A stretch of DNA of 64,000 nt from assembly GCA_963845565.1 (NCBI GenBank), contig CAWJSJ010000005.1, positions 896,001 to 960,000 of the forward strand, written 5' to 3'. Shown here piece after piece: positions 53,921-64,000 of this stretch; the first letter of the stretch is position 1; every line of letters starts with the position of its first letter. The notes under the pieces were generated by a model. That model was not told where the DNA came from. It was given only the letters and a program-made list of their open reading frames with translations, and searched no databases. The stretch comes from an uncultured Methylomirabilota bacterium (GTDB lineage: Bacteria; Methylomirabilota; Methylomirabilia; Methylomirabilales; 2-02-FULL-66-22). Both the position numbers and the translations under genes were made by a program.

Positions 53921-54081
53921 CTAGCAGGCTGCTGAAAAAGGCCCATCTGCGGCGTTGTCGCGCTCGCGCGGTGCTGCGGCGTACGCGCTAAGTACGCCTC
54001 GCGCCTCGCATCGCGCTCCGCCTTGCGGCTGGGCCTTTTTGAGCAGCCTGAGTCAAAACGAGTTTTTCATCATCCTGCTAG
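53921..54081 (-). mobile_element. repeat family A copy 5 (best-preserved ends, CTAG on both sides)
   Basis: CTAGCAGGCTGCTGAAAAA...TTTTTCATCATCCTGCTAG. Confidence 0.85.
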
Positions 54082-54115
54082 AGCCGAGAGCCGAGTGGTC
54101 GAAAGGCTTCGGCGG

Positions 54116-54221
54116 CTACGCCGTTGTCAGAGAATAACTTGACCGGAGAAATTCCGGAAACGGCATAAGGAGCCGTAACGAAATTACAAAAATGGACAAG
54201 TTATTTCGTAACGGCTCCTAG
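54116..54221 (-). mobile_element. repeat family B copy 2
   Basis: Its reverse complement aligns end to end with 51133..51236. Confidence 0.75.
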
Positions 54222-55381
54222 TTGGGCCAGAGGGCGACCGTGGCCAGCGGGTAGTAGAATTTCAGGATGTCCCGATGTTGGTACGCCAGGTCGGCCATCT
54301 CCTTGGCCCCCCACTGGCTCATGCCGACACCGTGACCGGAGCCGCGCCCCACGAAGGTATATGCGTTTCCGTCGGTCCGCACCTCAAAGTCGGTGCTCCG
54401 CAGGACCTCGTTCCCGAGGGCCTCGCGGAATCGCCTACCCTCCAGCACCAACGCGCCCTGGGCGTGTCGGACTTCGATTCGAAGGATCCGGCCGGTCCGG
54501 CTCCGGATCAGGTCCTGGATGGCCAGAATGCGGCCGACCGGATATCCGGCCCGGGCCAGACCCCCCTCGATCTGCCGGGGCGTCAGCCGCTCGATCCACA
54601 GGGCGTGGGGACACGCCCTGCTGAAGTCGTCCTTGACGCCCGGCACGATATCGTATTCCAGGCCAAACACATCCGTGGCGTCCTCGGTGGCGCCGCCCGA
54701 GCAGGAGTGATAGAACGCCGGAAGAGGCTGCCCGCCGAAGGCGAGGATCTGCCCCCGCGTCGTCTGCACGGCCCAGTTCGTGCGCGGGTCTTCACCCTTG
54801 GCCCCCTTGTACACCTGCGAGGCGGTGGTGGCGCGCAGATGGAAGAGGGCATTGGGGTTCTGGAGCCGCTGGTAGACCGCGTAGGTCCGGGCCGCGATGG
54901 CCATGGCCTTCGACGCCTCGGCCGGCCAGCCGACGGGAATCTCGTCCTTCAACACACCCTGAAGGTAACTCTCCAGTTCCACCACATTGACGGCGGTCAG
55001 CGCCCCATTCAGCGTCACGACGTCCAGGCGACCGCGGAAGGGTTGCCCATCCAGCGTGAGGACGGCACCGTCCGCAGGCCAGGCAGCGACGCCGGGTGCC
55101 GATTGTCCGGTCTCGCGCACCAGGACGACACGCCGGTGGGGCGCCAGCCGGTATCCCCCGCCCGTTGTCCGCTGTGCCAGAACGCGCCGGCCGCTGGCGT
55201 CGGTGAGGGTCAGCGGGCCGCCGCTGCCGACAACCAAGGCCGACCGCCCCTCGGCGAGGAGGACGCGGACGGTTTCCGCCTGCACGATGCCGGGGCCAAC
55301 GAGGCCGGCGCACAGGAGCGTTGTGAAGCAAGTCATGCGCAGTCGCCGCATATCCGGCTGCCCGATGCATCCGCCGATCAT
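54218..55381 (-). CDS. SpoIID/LytB domain protein
   Basis: ESYLQGVL..E, AIAARTY, FYHSCSGG, GHGVGMSQWGA and ILKFYYP. Confidence 0.9.
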   Translation of the reverse strand: MIGGCIGQPDMRRLRMTCFTTLLCAGLVGPGIVQAETVRVLLAEGRSALVVGSGGPLTLTDASGRRVLAQRTTGGGYRLAPHRRVVLVRETGQSAPGVAAWPADGAVLTLDGQPFRGRLDVVTLNGALTAVNVVELESYLQGVLKDEIPVGWPAEASKAMAIAARTYAVYQRLQNPNALFHLRATTASQVYKGAKGEDPRTNWAVQTTRGQILAFGGQPLPAFYHSCSGGATEDATDVFGLEYDIVPGVKDDFSRACPHALWIERLTPRQIEGGLARAGYPVGRILAIQDLIRSRTGRILRIEVRHAQGALVLEGRRFREALGNEVLRSTDFEVRTDGNAYTFVGRGSGHGVGMSQWGAKEMADLAYQHRDILKFYYPLATVALWPN

Positions 55382-55596
55382 CGGCGGCTGAAGAATGCGA
55401 CCAACACCGTGAGGACGATGCTGATCACGAGGCTGGTGGTCAACGGAACGTACAGACTCCAGGTCTCCCGCCGGATCATGATGTCCCCCGGCAGTTTCCC
55501 TAGGAAGGGCACTTTTCCCACGAACAGGAGGAGTCCGCCCAGCAGGGCCAACACGACACCGGCCAGAATCAGAACCTTTGCGAGCGAATCAAACAC
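55378..55596 (-). CDS. DUF2905 small membrane protein
   Basis: LGKLPGDI...YVPLTTSLVIS. Confidence 0.85.
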   Translation of the reverse strand: MFDSLAKVLILAGVVLALLGGLLLFVGKVPFLGKLPGDIMIRRETWSLYVPLTTSLVISIVLTVLVAFFSRR

Positions 55597-55716
55597 GGTC
55601 AGACAACCCTTCGCATGCGCCGGTCGGCGGCGGGGCGGGGCAGGCGTGACACAATTCCAATGGCCAAGCTCGGCCCGTCGCCTGTGATCCTCGGCCCTGG
55701 GCGACCGGTCTGTGCG

Positions 55717-56760
55717 TCATCGTCCGCCGGTCCACAGTTCCCCCTGTGTGTGCGGCGGCGGCACCAGGCCGAAGTGACCGTACGCCAGGCGCGTGGCCAC
55801 CCGTCCCCGGGGAGTCCGGGCCAGAAAACCAAGCTGGATCAGGAACGGCTCGTACACGTCCTCGATGGTGTCCCGCTCCTCGCTGACGGCCACAGCCAGC
55901 GTCTCGATGCCGACCGGACCGCCGGAGAACTTCTCGATGATGGTCTGCAGGATCCGCCGATCCATTTCGTCGAAGCCGCGCTCATCCACATTCAGTCGGT
56001 TGAGGGCGTTGTGGGCCACGCGTTGGTCGATCGTCCCGTCCCCCTCGACCTGGGCAAAGTCCCGAACGCGGCGCAGCAGGCGGTTGGCGATCCGCGGGGT
56101 GCCGCGCGAGCGGCGCGCCAGTTCGACGGCTCCGTCCCCGGTGAGGCCGACGTTCAGGATCCGGGCCGAGCGGTTGACGATCTGCACGAGGTCGGCCTCG
56201 GTATAGAAGTCCAGCCGCAGCACGACGCCGAACCGATCGCGCAGCGGGGAGGTGAGGAGGCCCGCCCGCGTGGTCGCCCCTATCAGGGTGAAGTGGGGAA
56301 GGGTGAGCTTGTAGGTCTGCGCGCCGGGCCCCTGGCCGATCATGAGATCCAGCTTGTAGTCTTCCATGGCGGGGTAAAGCGTCTCCTCGACCGTGGGGTT
56401 GAGGCGGTGGATCTCGTCCACGAACAGGACATCCCGCTCCCGGAGGTTGCTGCTGAGGATGGGTGCCAGATCCTTCGGCCGATCCAGCACCGGACCGGAC
56501 GTTGAGAGGATGTTGACGCCCAGTTCTGAGGCGATGATATTGGCCAGGGTCGTCTTGCCGAGGCCGGGCGGGCCCGAGATGAGTACGTGGTCCAGAGCCT
56601 CGTTCCGGCTCCGTGCCCCCTGGATGAAGACCTGGAGGTTGTCCTTCACCTGCTGCTGGCCGACATATTCATCCCACCGGGTCGGGCGAAGTGTCTGCTC
56701 GACCTGCTGGTCCTCCGTCAGTTGAGTCCGTGCGGTGATGCGATCCGGGGTCTGGCCCAT
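55717..56760 (-). CDS. ruvB: Holliday junction branch migration helicase RuvB
   Basis: [22 protein letters not shown] and RGTPRIA. Confidence 0.97.
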   Translation of the reverse strand: MGQTPDRITARTQLTEDQQVEQTLRPTRWDEYVGQQQVKDNLQVFIQGARSRNEALDHVLISGPPGLGKTTLANIIASELGVNILSTSGPVLDRPKDLAPILSSNLRERDVLFVDEIHRLNPTVEETLYPAMEDYKLDLMIGQGPGAQTYKLTLPHFTLIGATTRAGLLTSPLRDRFGVVLRLDFYTEADLVQIVNRSARILNVGLTGDGAVELARRSRGTPRIANRLLRRVRDFAQVEGDGTIDQRVAHNALNRLNVDERGFDEMDRRILQTIIEKFSGGPVGIETLAVAVSEERDTIEDVYEPFLIQLGFLARTPRGRVATRLAYGHFGLVPPPHTQGELWTGGR

Positions 56761-56773
56761 GGTCGATGGCTCG

Positions 56774-57385
56774 TCAGGTGCGCTGGTCGCCCACGCCGCG
56801 GAGAGCCGTCTTGATCAGCTCCTCGAACGCTGCGCCGCGACCGAGTTCCGTCCGGGCGGCCTCGGCCGCCTGCTGCGCTTCTTTGCGGTTGCAGCCCAGG
56901 TTGACCAGGGCCGACACCACGTCGTCCATCGCCCGATCCAGCGTGGCCGGGGCCGCCGCCACGGCCTTGGGGGAGAGCGAGGCGCCCGCCGCTTTGTCGC
57001 GCAACTCCACTACCAACCGCTCGGCCAGTTTCTTGCCCACGCCGGGTACGGCCCGAAGCCGAGTGACATCTCCCTGGGAGAGGGCGGCCACCAGGTCCTC
57101 CACCGAGATGCCGGAGAGGATGTTGGTTGCCAGGCGCGGTCCGATTCCGCTGACCCCCTGGAGCAACTCGAAGAGCGTCTGCTCATCCCGCGTGTGGAAG
57201 CCGAAGAGCTGGATGGCGTCCTCGCGCACGTGGGTGAAGGTATGGAGCATGACCTCGCCCGGGATCTCGGGGAGCCGATAGAAGGTCGAGAGTGGAATGA
57301 GCACCAGATAGCCGACCCCCCCGACGTCCACCACGACGCGGTGCGGTTCTTTGCTGGCCAGGTGGCCGCGGAGCTGGGCGATCAT
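56774..57385 (-). CDS. ruvA: Holliday junction branch migration protein RuvA
   Basis: GGVGY, VREDA, SGIGPR and PGVGKK. Confidence 0.96.
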   Translation of the reverse strand: MIAQLRGHLASKEPHRVVVDVGGVGYLVLIPLSTFYRLPEIPGEVMLHTFTHVREDAIQLFGFHTRDEQTLFELLQGVSGIGPRLATNILSGISVEDLVAALSQGDVTRLRAVPGVGKKLAERLVVELRDKAAGASLSPKAVAAAPATLDRAMDDVVSALVNLGCNRKEAQQAAEAARTELGRGAAFEELIKTALRGVGDQRT

Positions 57386-57386
57386 C

Positions 57387-57881
57387 TCACGACGTCCTCA
57401 ACCGAGCGTGCATGCGCGCAGCGTGCTGGTGGCAGATGGCGATTGCCAGAGCATCTGCGGCGTCGGCCGGCTGCGGGGGCTCGGGCAGCCGGAGGAACAT
57501 CTGGACCATGCGCTGGACCTGATCCTTCTGGGCCTGCCCGAAACTCGTCACGGCTTTCTTGACCTCCAGGGCCGAGTACTCGTGGATCTCGACCCCCGCT
57601 TCGGCCAGAGCCAGCAGCGCAACACCCCGCGCCTGCCCCAGCCGCAGCGCGCTCTGAACGTTCCGGGCGAAAAACACCGCCTCGACGGCGGCGCAGTCGG
57701 GGCGGAGGTCCGTCAACAGGATCCGGAGATCGCGGTAAATGCGGAGCAGGCGCTGGGCGAAAGGGAGACTTGCCGGAGACGTGATGGCCCCGAAGCGAAC
57801 CGCGTGAAGGCCGCCTTCCCGCTCCTCGACAACGCCGTAACCGGTGGCCGCCGTTCCCGGGTCGATGCCTAAGACGCGCAT
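57387..57881 (-). CDS. ruvC: crossover junction endodeoxyribonuclease RuvC
   Basis: LGIDPG, LGQARGV and DAADALAIAICH. Confidence 0.96.
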   Translation of the reverse strand: MRVLGIDPGTAATGYGVVEEREGGLHAVRFGAITSPASLPFAQRLLRIYRDLRILLTDLRPDCAAVEAVFFARNVQSALRLGQARGVALLALAEAGVEIHEYSALEVKKAVTSFGQAQKDQVQRMVQMFLRLPEPPQPADAADALAIAICHQHAARMHARLRTS

Positions 57882-57953
57882 GCGACCGCGCTGTTGACAG
57901 GTGTCGGTCGCCAGAGGACGCCGCGGAGACCCGGCCGTCGGGGGGACCTGGTC

Positions 57954-58131
57954 TCAGCAGGATGCTGAAAAACCCAATTTCGCCCAGGCTGCTTAAAACG
58001 GCCCAGATGCAAGGCGGTTCGCAAAGGGCGGGGTACCCACCGAAGGTGGGTCAAGGCGTACTTCCGGTACGCCGCAGCGAGTGCCCGAGCAGACCAACGC
58101 CGCAGATGGGCCTTTTTCAGCGGCCTGTTAG
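57954..58131 (+). mobile_element. repeat family A copy 6
   Basis: TCAGCAGGATGCTGAAAAAC...TTTTTCAGCGGCCTGTTAG. Confidence 0.8.
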
Positions 58132-58146
58132 GCATGGCAGGGGCCC

Positions 58147-58896
58147 TCAGGCGGTCAGGGCCGCCATGATCTCGTCGGGGATGTCGAAGTTCGCGTACGC
58201 GTGCTGGACGTCGTCGTGCTCTTCCAGTTCTTCCATCAGTCTGAGCATCTGTTCGGCCGGCTTGCCCTCCAGCTTTACCGTGGTCTTGGGAAGCTTGGTG
58301 ATCTCGGCGGAGAGGGGCTGGATGCCCGCCCTGACGATGGCTTCGCGCACCTTCTCGAAATCCCGCGGCACCGTGGTGATGGCGAAGGCCCCCTCTTCCT
58401 GCTGCATGTCCTCGGCGCCCGCGTCCAGGGCCACGGACATCAACTTGTCCTCGTCCACCTTGGCAGCGTCCACCACGATATGTCCCTTCTTCTCGAACAG
58501 GAAGGCGACGCAGCCGGCCTCGCCCATGTTCCCTCCGTGCCGGGAGAACACCTTGCGGATCTCGCCCACGGTCCGGTTCTTGTTGTCGGTCATCACCTCG
58601 GCGAGAATCGCCGCGCCACCGGGGCCGTAGCCCTCGTAGATGATCTCTTCGTAGGTGACCCCTTCCAGTTCGCCCGTGCCCTTCTTGATGGCGCGATCGA
58701 TGTTGTCGGCGGGCATGTTGACGCTCTTGGCCGTCAACACGGCGCTTCGCAGCCGCGGGTTGCCCGTCTGATCGCCGCCCCCCACGCGAGCGGCCACCGT
58801 GATCTCACGGATGAGCTTGGTGAAGGCGCGCCCGCGCTGGGCGTCCACCTTGGCCTTCTTGTGCTTGATGCTCGCCCACTTGCTGTGTCCGGACAT
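58147..58896 (-). CDS. yebC: YebC/PmpR family protein
   Basis: [15 protein letters not shown] and TDNKNRT. Confidence 0.95.
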   Translation of the reverse strand: MSGHSKWASIKHKKAKVDAQRGRAFTKLIREITVAARVGGGDQTGNPRLRSAVLTAKSVNMPADNIDRAIKKGTGELEGVTYEEIIYEGYGPGGAAILAEVMTDNKNRTVGEIRKVFSRHGGNMGEAGCVAFLFEKKGHIVVDAAKVDEDKLMSVALDAGAEDMQQEEGAFAITTVPRDFEKVREAIVRAGIQPLSAEITKLPKTTVKLEGKPAEQMLRLMEELEEHDDVQHAYANFDIPDEIMAALTA

Positions 58897-58989
58897 AATG
58901 CACCCCCTGAGTTGAGAGAAAGCTACCATAGGCCCGCGAAGCTTGCCAAGCGAAAAGTCCCGGCATGTCTGGCCACTCGGGGAATCGCC

Positions 58990-59018
58990 TTGACAGCCCG
59001 GAGGGCCTGGGCTAGAGT
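58990..59018 (+). promoter_or_regulatory. sigma70-like promoter of the glp operon
   Basis: TTGACA-N17-TAGAGT. Confidence 0.65.
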
Positions 59019-59080
59019 GCCCGCAATGTTACGGGGTTGCTGAGACAAGTCGAAATCCTCGCCGGGGCGGAGAAAAGAGA

Positions 59081-59135
59081 AAGTCCTAACGAGGGGCGAT
59101 TCGTGGGATCGCCTTTTGTTAGGACTTCGTGTTTC
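59081..59135 (+). terminator. leader terminator-like hairpin upstream of glpP (likely GlpP target)
   Basis: 20-bp stem (with G-U pairs) AAGTCCTAACGAGGGGCGAT/ATCGCCTTTTGTTAGGACTT, followed by CGTGTTT. Confidence 0.7.
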
Positions 59136-59145
59136 CGGGGGATGT

Positions 59146-59751
59146 ATGACGAACGCGCGCGAGCGGTTTTTCCAGGCCCTCAAAACCAAACCCGTCGTCG
59201 CCGGGCTGCGGCGCTCGGCGGACGTGGACGGGGCGATCCGGCACGGGATCGGGGTCCTCTTCATCCTGGGCGAGGACATCTTCGCGCTGCAGGAGAGCGT
59301 GGCCAAGGCCCACGGAGGGGACCGGCTGATCCTGGCGCACGTGGACCTGATCAAGGGCATCGGGCGAGACGAGGCCGGCGTCCGGTTCCTGGCGCGGGAC
59401 CTTCACGTGGATGGGATTTTGACCACCCGCGCGAACCTGATCGGTCCCGCCAAGCGGGAAGGCCTGATCGCCGTGCAACGGCTCTTCGTGCTGGACTCGG
59501 AATCGCTGGAAGCGGGCGTGCCCGCCGTGGAGCGGGCGGCCCCCGATGCGGTGGAGGTGCTGCCGGGGGTGATCCTTCCGCTGATCGCGCCGCGCCTCAA
59601 GGCGGCCAATCTTCCACCCCTGATCGCCGGGGGACTGATCCGCACCCGTGCCCAGGTGGAGGAGATCCTCGCGGCGGGAGCGATCGGGGTGTCAACGGGC
59701 GAAGCGGCCCTGTGGGGCTTCCGTGCAAACAAGGAGCAGACGAATCGATGA
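59146..59751 (+). CDS. glpP: glycerol-3-phosphate-responsive antiterminator
   Basis: HVDLIKGI, QRLFVLDS.S, EVLPG, IAGGLI and GAIGVST. Confidence 0.9.
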   Translation: MTNARERFFQALKTKPVVAGLRRSADVDGAIRHGIGVLFILGEDIFALQESVAKAHGGDRLILAHVDLIKGIGRDEAGVRFLARDLHVDGILTTRANLIGPAKREGLIAVQRLFVLDSESLEAGVPAVERAAPDAVEVLPGVILPLIAPRLKAANLPPLIAGGLIRTRAQVEEILAAGAIGVSTGEAALWGFRANKEQTNR

Positions 59752-61440
59752 AAGGCGGACTGGCGGACATCAACGGACGGATCTTCGACCTGGTCGTGAT
59801 CGGCGGCGGCATGGCCGGGGCCGGGATCGCTCGGGACGCCGCGCTGCGCGGCTATCGGACCCTGCTGTTGGAGCGGAAGGATTTCGCGTTCGGGACAACC
59901 AGCCGCTCCTCGAAGCTCATTCATGGCGGTCTTCGCTACCTGGAGCTGTTCGATGTCGGCCTGGTACGGGAGTCGCTCCGCGAGCGCGAACGCCTGGCGC
60001 GCCTGGCGCCGCACCTGGTGCGTCCGCTGCCGTTCTTGGTGCCGGTGTATCGCGGGGCCAAGCGCGGTATGCTCATGATTCGTATGGGCATGAAATTCTA
60101 TGACCTGCTGACGCCGGGGAAGCGCACGGAACACTACCGGACCATCTCCCGGGACAAGACCCTGAGCCTTGAGCGCTTTCTGGAGCCGCGGGACCTCCAG
60201 GGCGCGGGTTACTACTTTGACGACCTCCTCCTCCTGCCCGAGCGGTTGTGCCTCGAAAACGTCCTTTCGGCCCAACGATGGGGCGCCTCGATCCACAATT
60301 ACGCGGAGGTGCGTGGGCATTGCGAGCCGCGAGCCGCGAGCCGCGAGCCACGAGTGGGAGATCGAGGTGCGTGGAGCCGTGGACGGAAGCATCGCGCGGG
60401 TCACGGCGCGCGTGGTGGTGAACGCCGCGGGGCCCTGGGCCGACCAGGTGCGCCGGCTGGCGGGCGTGGACGGGGGAAAGCGGTGCGTGCGGACGACGAA
60501 GGGGATCCACCTGCTCCTGCCGCGCATCACGGACCACGCGGTGTACATCGCGGCGAAACGGGACGATCGGATGTTCTTCGTCATCCCCTGGCAGCAGTTC
60601 ACGCTGGTCGGCACCACGGACACTGACTTCAGCGGCGACCTGGACCGCCTGGCGGCGACTCGCGAGGAAGTGCACTACCTCATGGATGAGACGCGACGGG
60701 TATTTCCGGCGGCTCGCATGCGGGATGAGGACGTCTATTACACGTACGCCGGGGTCCGTCCGCTGAGCTTCGAGGAGGGAAAATCCGCCTCCGCCGTCTC
60801 GCGGGCCCACAAAGTGATCGCCGAGGGCCCGGCCGGGAATTTTCTGTCCATCACCGGGACGAAGTTGACGTGCTTCCGCAGCCTGGCGGAGGAAGCGGTG
60901 GATCAGGTGGGGCGTCTGCTGAACCGCGTCGAGCCTTGCCGCACGCACCGGCTGGCCCTCGACGGGTCGGATGGGGACGAGACGATCGCGGTGCGCCTCT
61001 GGGCGGACATCCCGGACCTCGGCCATCGGAGCGGCCTCGAGCCCGCCCAGGTGCAGAACCTCTTGGACACCTACGGACGGCGTTACCCGACCGTCCTGAC
61101 GGTGGCCGGCCGCTCTCCCGAGATGAAAGAGCGCCTCTGCCCGCAGAACCCCGACATTCGCGCCCAGCTGGCGTATGCCGTGGAGCACGAGTGCACCGAA
61201 ACGCTCGCCGACTTCCTGCTGCGGCGGACGGGGATCGGAACCAGCCCGTGCCTGGGGAAGGACTGCTGCGAGCCGATCGCCCGGTGGATGGCAGACCTCA
61301 AGGGCTGGGATCGCCAGCGGGTCGACCGGGAGATTCACCAGTACCTGGAAGAGATCGCCCTGGGGCAGCAGTTCCGGGAGTCCGGGCCGGAAGGCGCCCC
61401 GCCCTCGGGCGGTCATATTTCTGTAACGGACGCCCGGTAA
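59748..61440 (+). CDS. glpD: FAD-dependent glycerol-3-phosphate dehydrogenase; frameshift at about 60315-60350
   Basis: IGGGMAGAG and GTTSRSSKLIHGGLRYL in one frame; NAAGPWAD, GTTD, AGVRPL and LLRRT in the next frame. Confidence 0.9.
60322..60354 (+). repeat. heptamer tandem array (GCGAGCC)4 inside glpD
   Basis: Four perfect units at 60322-60349 plus a partial ACGAG. Confidence 0.85.
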
Positions 61441-61540
61441 GCTCCTCCGGCGAGGTGACTTTGGGCGCCGGGCGGGCACCCGAGTCGGCAAGCCTGTTTT
61501 CCGCGGCCGCGGCCGGCGGGCGTGTGGTATAGTGCCACGC

Positions 61541-62431
61541 ATGGGATCGACCGGCCGTCGCCTGCAGATCGGCGCGGGATGCGCGGCTGCGCTCTGGGTA
61601 CTGACGCTGAGCCCGCTCGCGAGGAGTGCCATGACAGCCGAGACGACCCAGGGATTCCCGCCGCACCTGTCGCTCCAGGCCCACCGGGGCGCTGCGGGCC
61701 TGGCGCCCGAGAATACGCTGGCGGCCTTCCGGATGGCCCTCGACCTGGGTGCCGACGGCACCGAGATGGACCTGCAGGTCACCAAAGACGGCATCGTGGT
61801 CGTGATCCACGACGATACCGTGGACCGGACGACCGACGGTCGCGGCCGGATCGGGGATCTGACGCTGACCGAGATCAAGCGTCTGGACGCCGGCGCGAAG
61901 TTCGGGCCGGCGTTCCGCGGCGAGCGTATTCCGACGCTCCGGGAACTCATCGACCTGGTCAAGACCAGCGGGAAGGACCGGTTCCGCCTGAACCTGGAGA
62001 TCAAGTTCGCCGAAGGGCGAGAGGGGCAACCCGCGGATCTCGAGGAGCGGGTGCTGGCGGACCTCACCGAAACGAACTTCCTGGGTCGGGTGATCACCCA
62101 GTCGTTCTACCACCCCTCCGCAGCCAAGATGAAGCGTCTGGCGCCCGGGGTGCCCGCCGGCCTCCTGGTCGGGCAGAAGCGGCAGCCGGGCGACCCGGTG
62201 GCGGCGGTCCGCGACCACCGCGTGGACTACTATGCACCGCACTACTCGCTGGTGACGCCCGAACTCCTGCGGACCCTCCATCAGGCGGGCATCCCGGTAG
62301 TCACCTGGACGGTGAACGACCCGGCGGACATGCGCCGCCTGATGAGCATGGGGCTGGGCTCCCTGCCGGGGGACGGGATGATCTCGGATTACCCGGATCG
62401 GTTGGTGAACCTGCGGAAGACTCGTCAGTAG
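61541..62431 (+). CDS. glycerophosphodiester phosphodiesterase, probably exported; start uncertain
   Basis: AHRGAAGLAPENT, EMD, HD, NLEIK, WTVND and SDYPD. Confidence 0.9.
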   Translation: MGSTGRRLQIGAGCAAALWVLTLSPLARSAMTAETTQGFPPHLSLQAHRGAAGLAPENTLAAFRMALDLGADGTEMDLQVTKDGIVVVIHDDTVDRTTDGRGRIGDLTLTEIKRLDAGAKFGPAFRGERIPTLRELIDLVKTSGKDRFRLNLEIKFAEGREGQPADLEERVLADLTETNFLGRVITQSFYHPSAAKMKRLAPGVPAGLLVGQKRQPGDPVAAVRDHRVDYYAPHYSLVTPELLRTLHQAGIPVVTWTVNDPADMRRLMSMGLGSLPGDGMISDYPDRLVNLRKTRQ

Positions 62432-62480
62432 TCGTGCGGACGTCTCCGACAACACGCGTCAGTCAGGGAGGAGCCAAGCC

Positions 62481-63833
62481 ATGAAAAGGATGTCTCGTTT
62501 CCGAGTAGTGGCCGTACTGGTGATCGGGCTCGGCATTGCCGCGGCGCTGGTCCCAGCGTTCGCGCAGGCCCAGCAGAAGGTTCAGGTGGACTTCTGGCAC
62601 GGTCTCACCCAGCCCCTGGGCGGCATCCTGGAAGATGTCGCCGCCGGTTTCAACGCCTCACAGGGCAAGTATCAGGTCAACGCCACCTTCAAGGGGAGCT
62701 ACCCCGAGACCATGGTGGCGGCCATCGCCGCCTTCCGGGCCGGCAACGCCCCGCACATCGTGCAAATGTTCGAGGTGGGTACCGCCACCATGATGGCGGC
62801 GCGCACGGCCATCAAGCCGGTGTACGAGCTGTCGAAGGAGACCGGCGTCAATATCGATCCGAAGAACTACGTCGGCGGGGTGCGCGGCTACTACAGCACG
62901 ACCGACGGCCGGCTGGTCTCGATGCCGTTCAACAGCTCGACCCCTATCACCTGGTATAACAAGGACGTCTTCAAGAAGGCGGGCCTCGACCCCGAGAAGC
63001 CGCCCCGGACCTGGGAGGAGACCTGGGCCGCCGCCAGGAAGATCGTGACATCCAAGGCGGCCACCTGCGGGTACACCATGGCGTGGCCCACCTGGACGCA
63101 GTACGAGAACTTCAGCGCCATCCATAACGTGCCGCTTGCCACCAAGGCCAACGGTATGGAGGGGATGGATGCCGAGATGAAGATCGACAGCCCGCTGCAC
63201 GTCAAGCACTTGCAGAACATGATGGACGCGCAAAAGGAAGGCGTCTTTAAGTACGGCGGGCGAGATGGACGGGCCGATGCCCTCTTCCCGTCCGGTGAGT
63301 GCGCCATCTTCCACGGCTCCTCCGGCATGCGCGCCCGTGTTATTCGCGAGGCGAAGTTCCAGTGGGGCGTGGCCATGCTGCCGTATTACAAAGGTGTGCC
63401 GGGTGCCCCGAAGAACGGCATCATCGGGGGCGCCAGCCTCTGGGTGATGACCTCCCCGAAGCGCACGACCGAGGAGTACAAGGCCGTGGCGGAGTTCTTC
63501 CAGTACATCTCCCGCCCGGAAGTGGACGCCAAGTGGCACATGGATACCGGTTACGTGCCCATCACGTTGGCGGGAATCAGCCTCGCCTCCGGGCAGGGCT
63601 ACTACATCAAGAACCCCGGCGCGGACGTCCCCTTCCGCCAGCTCACGCTGACCGAGCCCACCAAGAATTCCATGGGGCTGCGGCTGGGTAACATGCCGGA
63701 GATCCGGGTGATCATCCAGGAGGAGATGGAGAAGTCGTTCCAGGGCCAGCAGACCGCCAAGGCCGCCCTGGACAGCGCCGTCAAGCGCAGCAACGTGGTC
63801 CTGCGGAACTTCGAGCGGACGAACAAGCAGTAG
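62481..63833 (+). CDS. ugpB: sn-glycerol-3-phosphate ABC substrate-binding protein
   Basis: QMFEVGTATMM, MPFNSSTP, IIGGASLWV and GLRLGNMPEIR. Confidence 0.92.
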   Translation: MKRMSRFRVVAVLVIGLGIAAALVPAFAQAQQKVQVDFWHGLTQPLGGILEDVAAGFNASQGKYQVNATFKGSYPETMVAAIAAFRAGNAPHIVQMFEVGTATMMAARTAIKPVYELSKETGVNIDPKNYVGGVRGYYSTTDGRLVSMPFNSSTPITWYNKDVFKKAGLDPEKPPRTWEETWAAARKIVTSKAATCGYTMAWPTWTQYENFSAIHNVPLATKANGMEGMDAEMKIDSPLHVKHLQNMMDAQKEGVFKYGGRDGRADALFPSGECAIFHGSSGMRARVIREAKFQWGVAMLPYYKGVPGAPKNGIIGGASLWVMTSPKRTTEEYKAVAEFFQYISRPEVDAKWHMDTGYVPITLAGISLASGQGYYIKNPGADVPFRQLTLTEPTKNSMGLRLGNMPEIRVIIQEEMEKSFQGQQTAKAALDSAVKRSNVVLRNFERTNKQ

Positions 63834-63868
63834 CAACGCCCGAAAGGCCTCCCGCCAAGAGGAGAACG

Positions 63869-63960
63869 AAACCACAGATTACGCAGATTGCACAGATTCT
63901 TCCGTGGCCTGTATCCCACAGACTCAGTCTTATTCGTGAAATCTGTGCAATCTGTGGTTT
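63869..63960. repeat. nonamer tandem repeats in inverted arrangement (hairpin)
   Basis: CCACAGATT ACGCAGATT GCACAGATT ... AATCTGTGC AATCTGTGG. Confidence 0.75.
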
Positions 63961-64000
63961 CTGCCTTGCTCTGAGCCTTGGCGGTGGCTTTCTGAAACTC

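Noticed and set aside
57962..58630. Recurrent peptide fragments such as QMGLFQQP and RLLKKVQMQG in several ORFs
   Set aside because: These are translations of repeat family A, not a protein family.

Overview
A 64-kb, very GC-rich bacterial chromosomal segment dominated by housekeeping genes. The yebC-ruvCAB-DUF2905-spoIID-queA-tgt-yajC order and the Tat-exported binding proteins suggest a diderm such as an NC10/Methylomirabilota- or Deltaproteobacteria-like organism, but this is a tentative impression only. Gene content: peptidoglycan recycling (nagZ, ampG-like), a branched-chain-type ABC transporter with two binding proteins and a LivM-LivG-LivF fusion, aroF, fmt-rsmB-PASTA-rpe-pncA, a 4xGAF/PAS hybrid kinase, a heterodimeric ABC exporter, a split glutamine-dependent NAD synthetase, priA-udg-coaBC, a DUF4160/DUF2442 pair, mtnA, and glpP-glpD-glpQ-ugpB. 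Several genes carry frameshifts that look like uncorrected read errors. The best signals lie outside the ORF track. (1) A complete putative ribosome-dependent attenuator upstream of aroF, with a 28-aa leader containing W-F-Y-F-C-F plus terminator and antiterminator. (2) A six-copy MITE-like family with YTAR-like ends, three copies of which sit on TAG stop codons. (3) A second two-copy family bracketing queA-tgt-yajC. (4) Heptamer-repeat elements inside queA and glpD. (5) A GlpP-type leader terminator. (6) A 63-aa C4-H-C3 (PHD/RING-variant-like) zinc-finger ORF. No rRNA, tRNA, CRISPR array or transposase was recognised.
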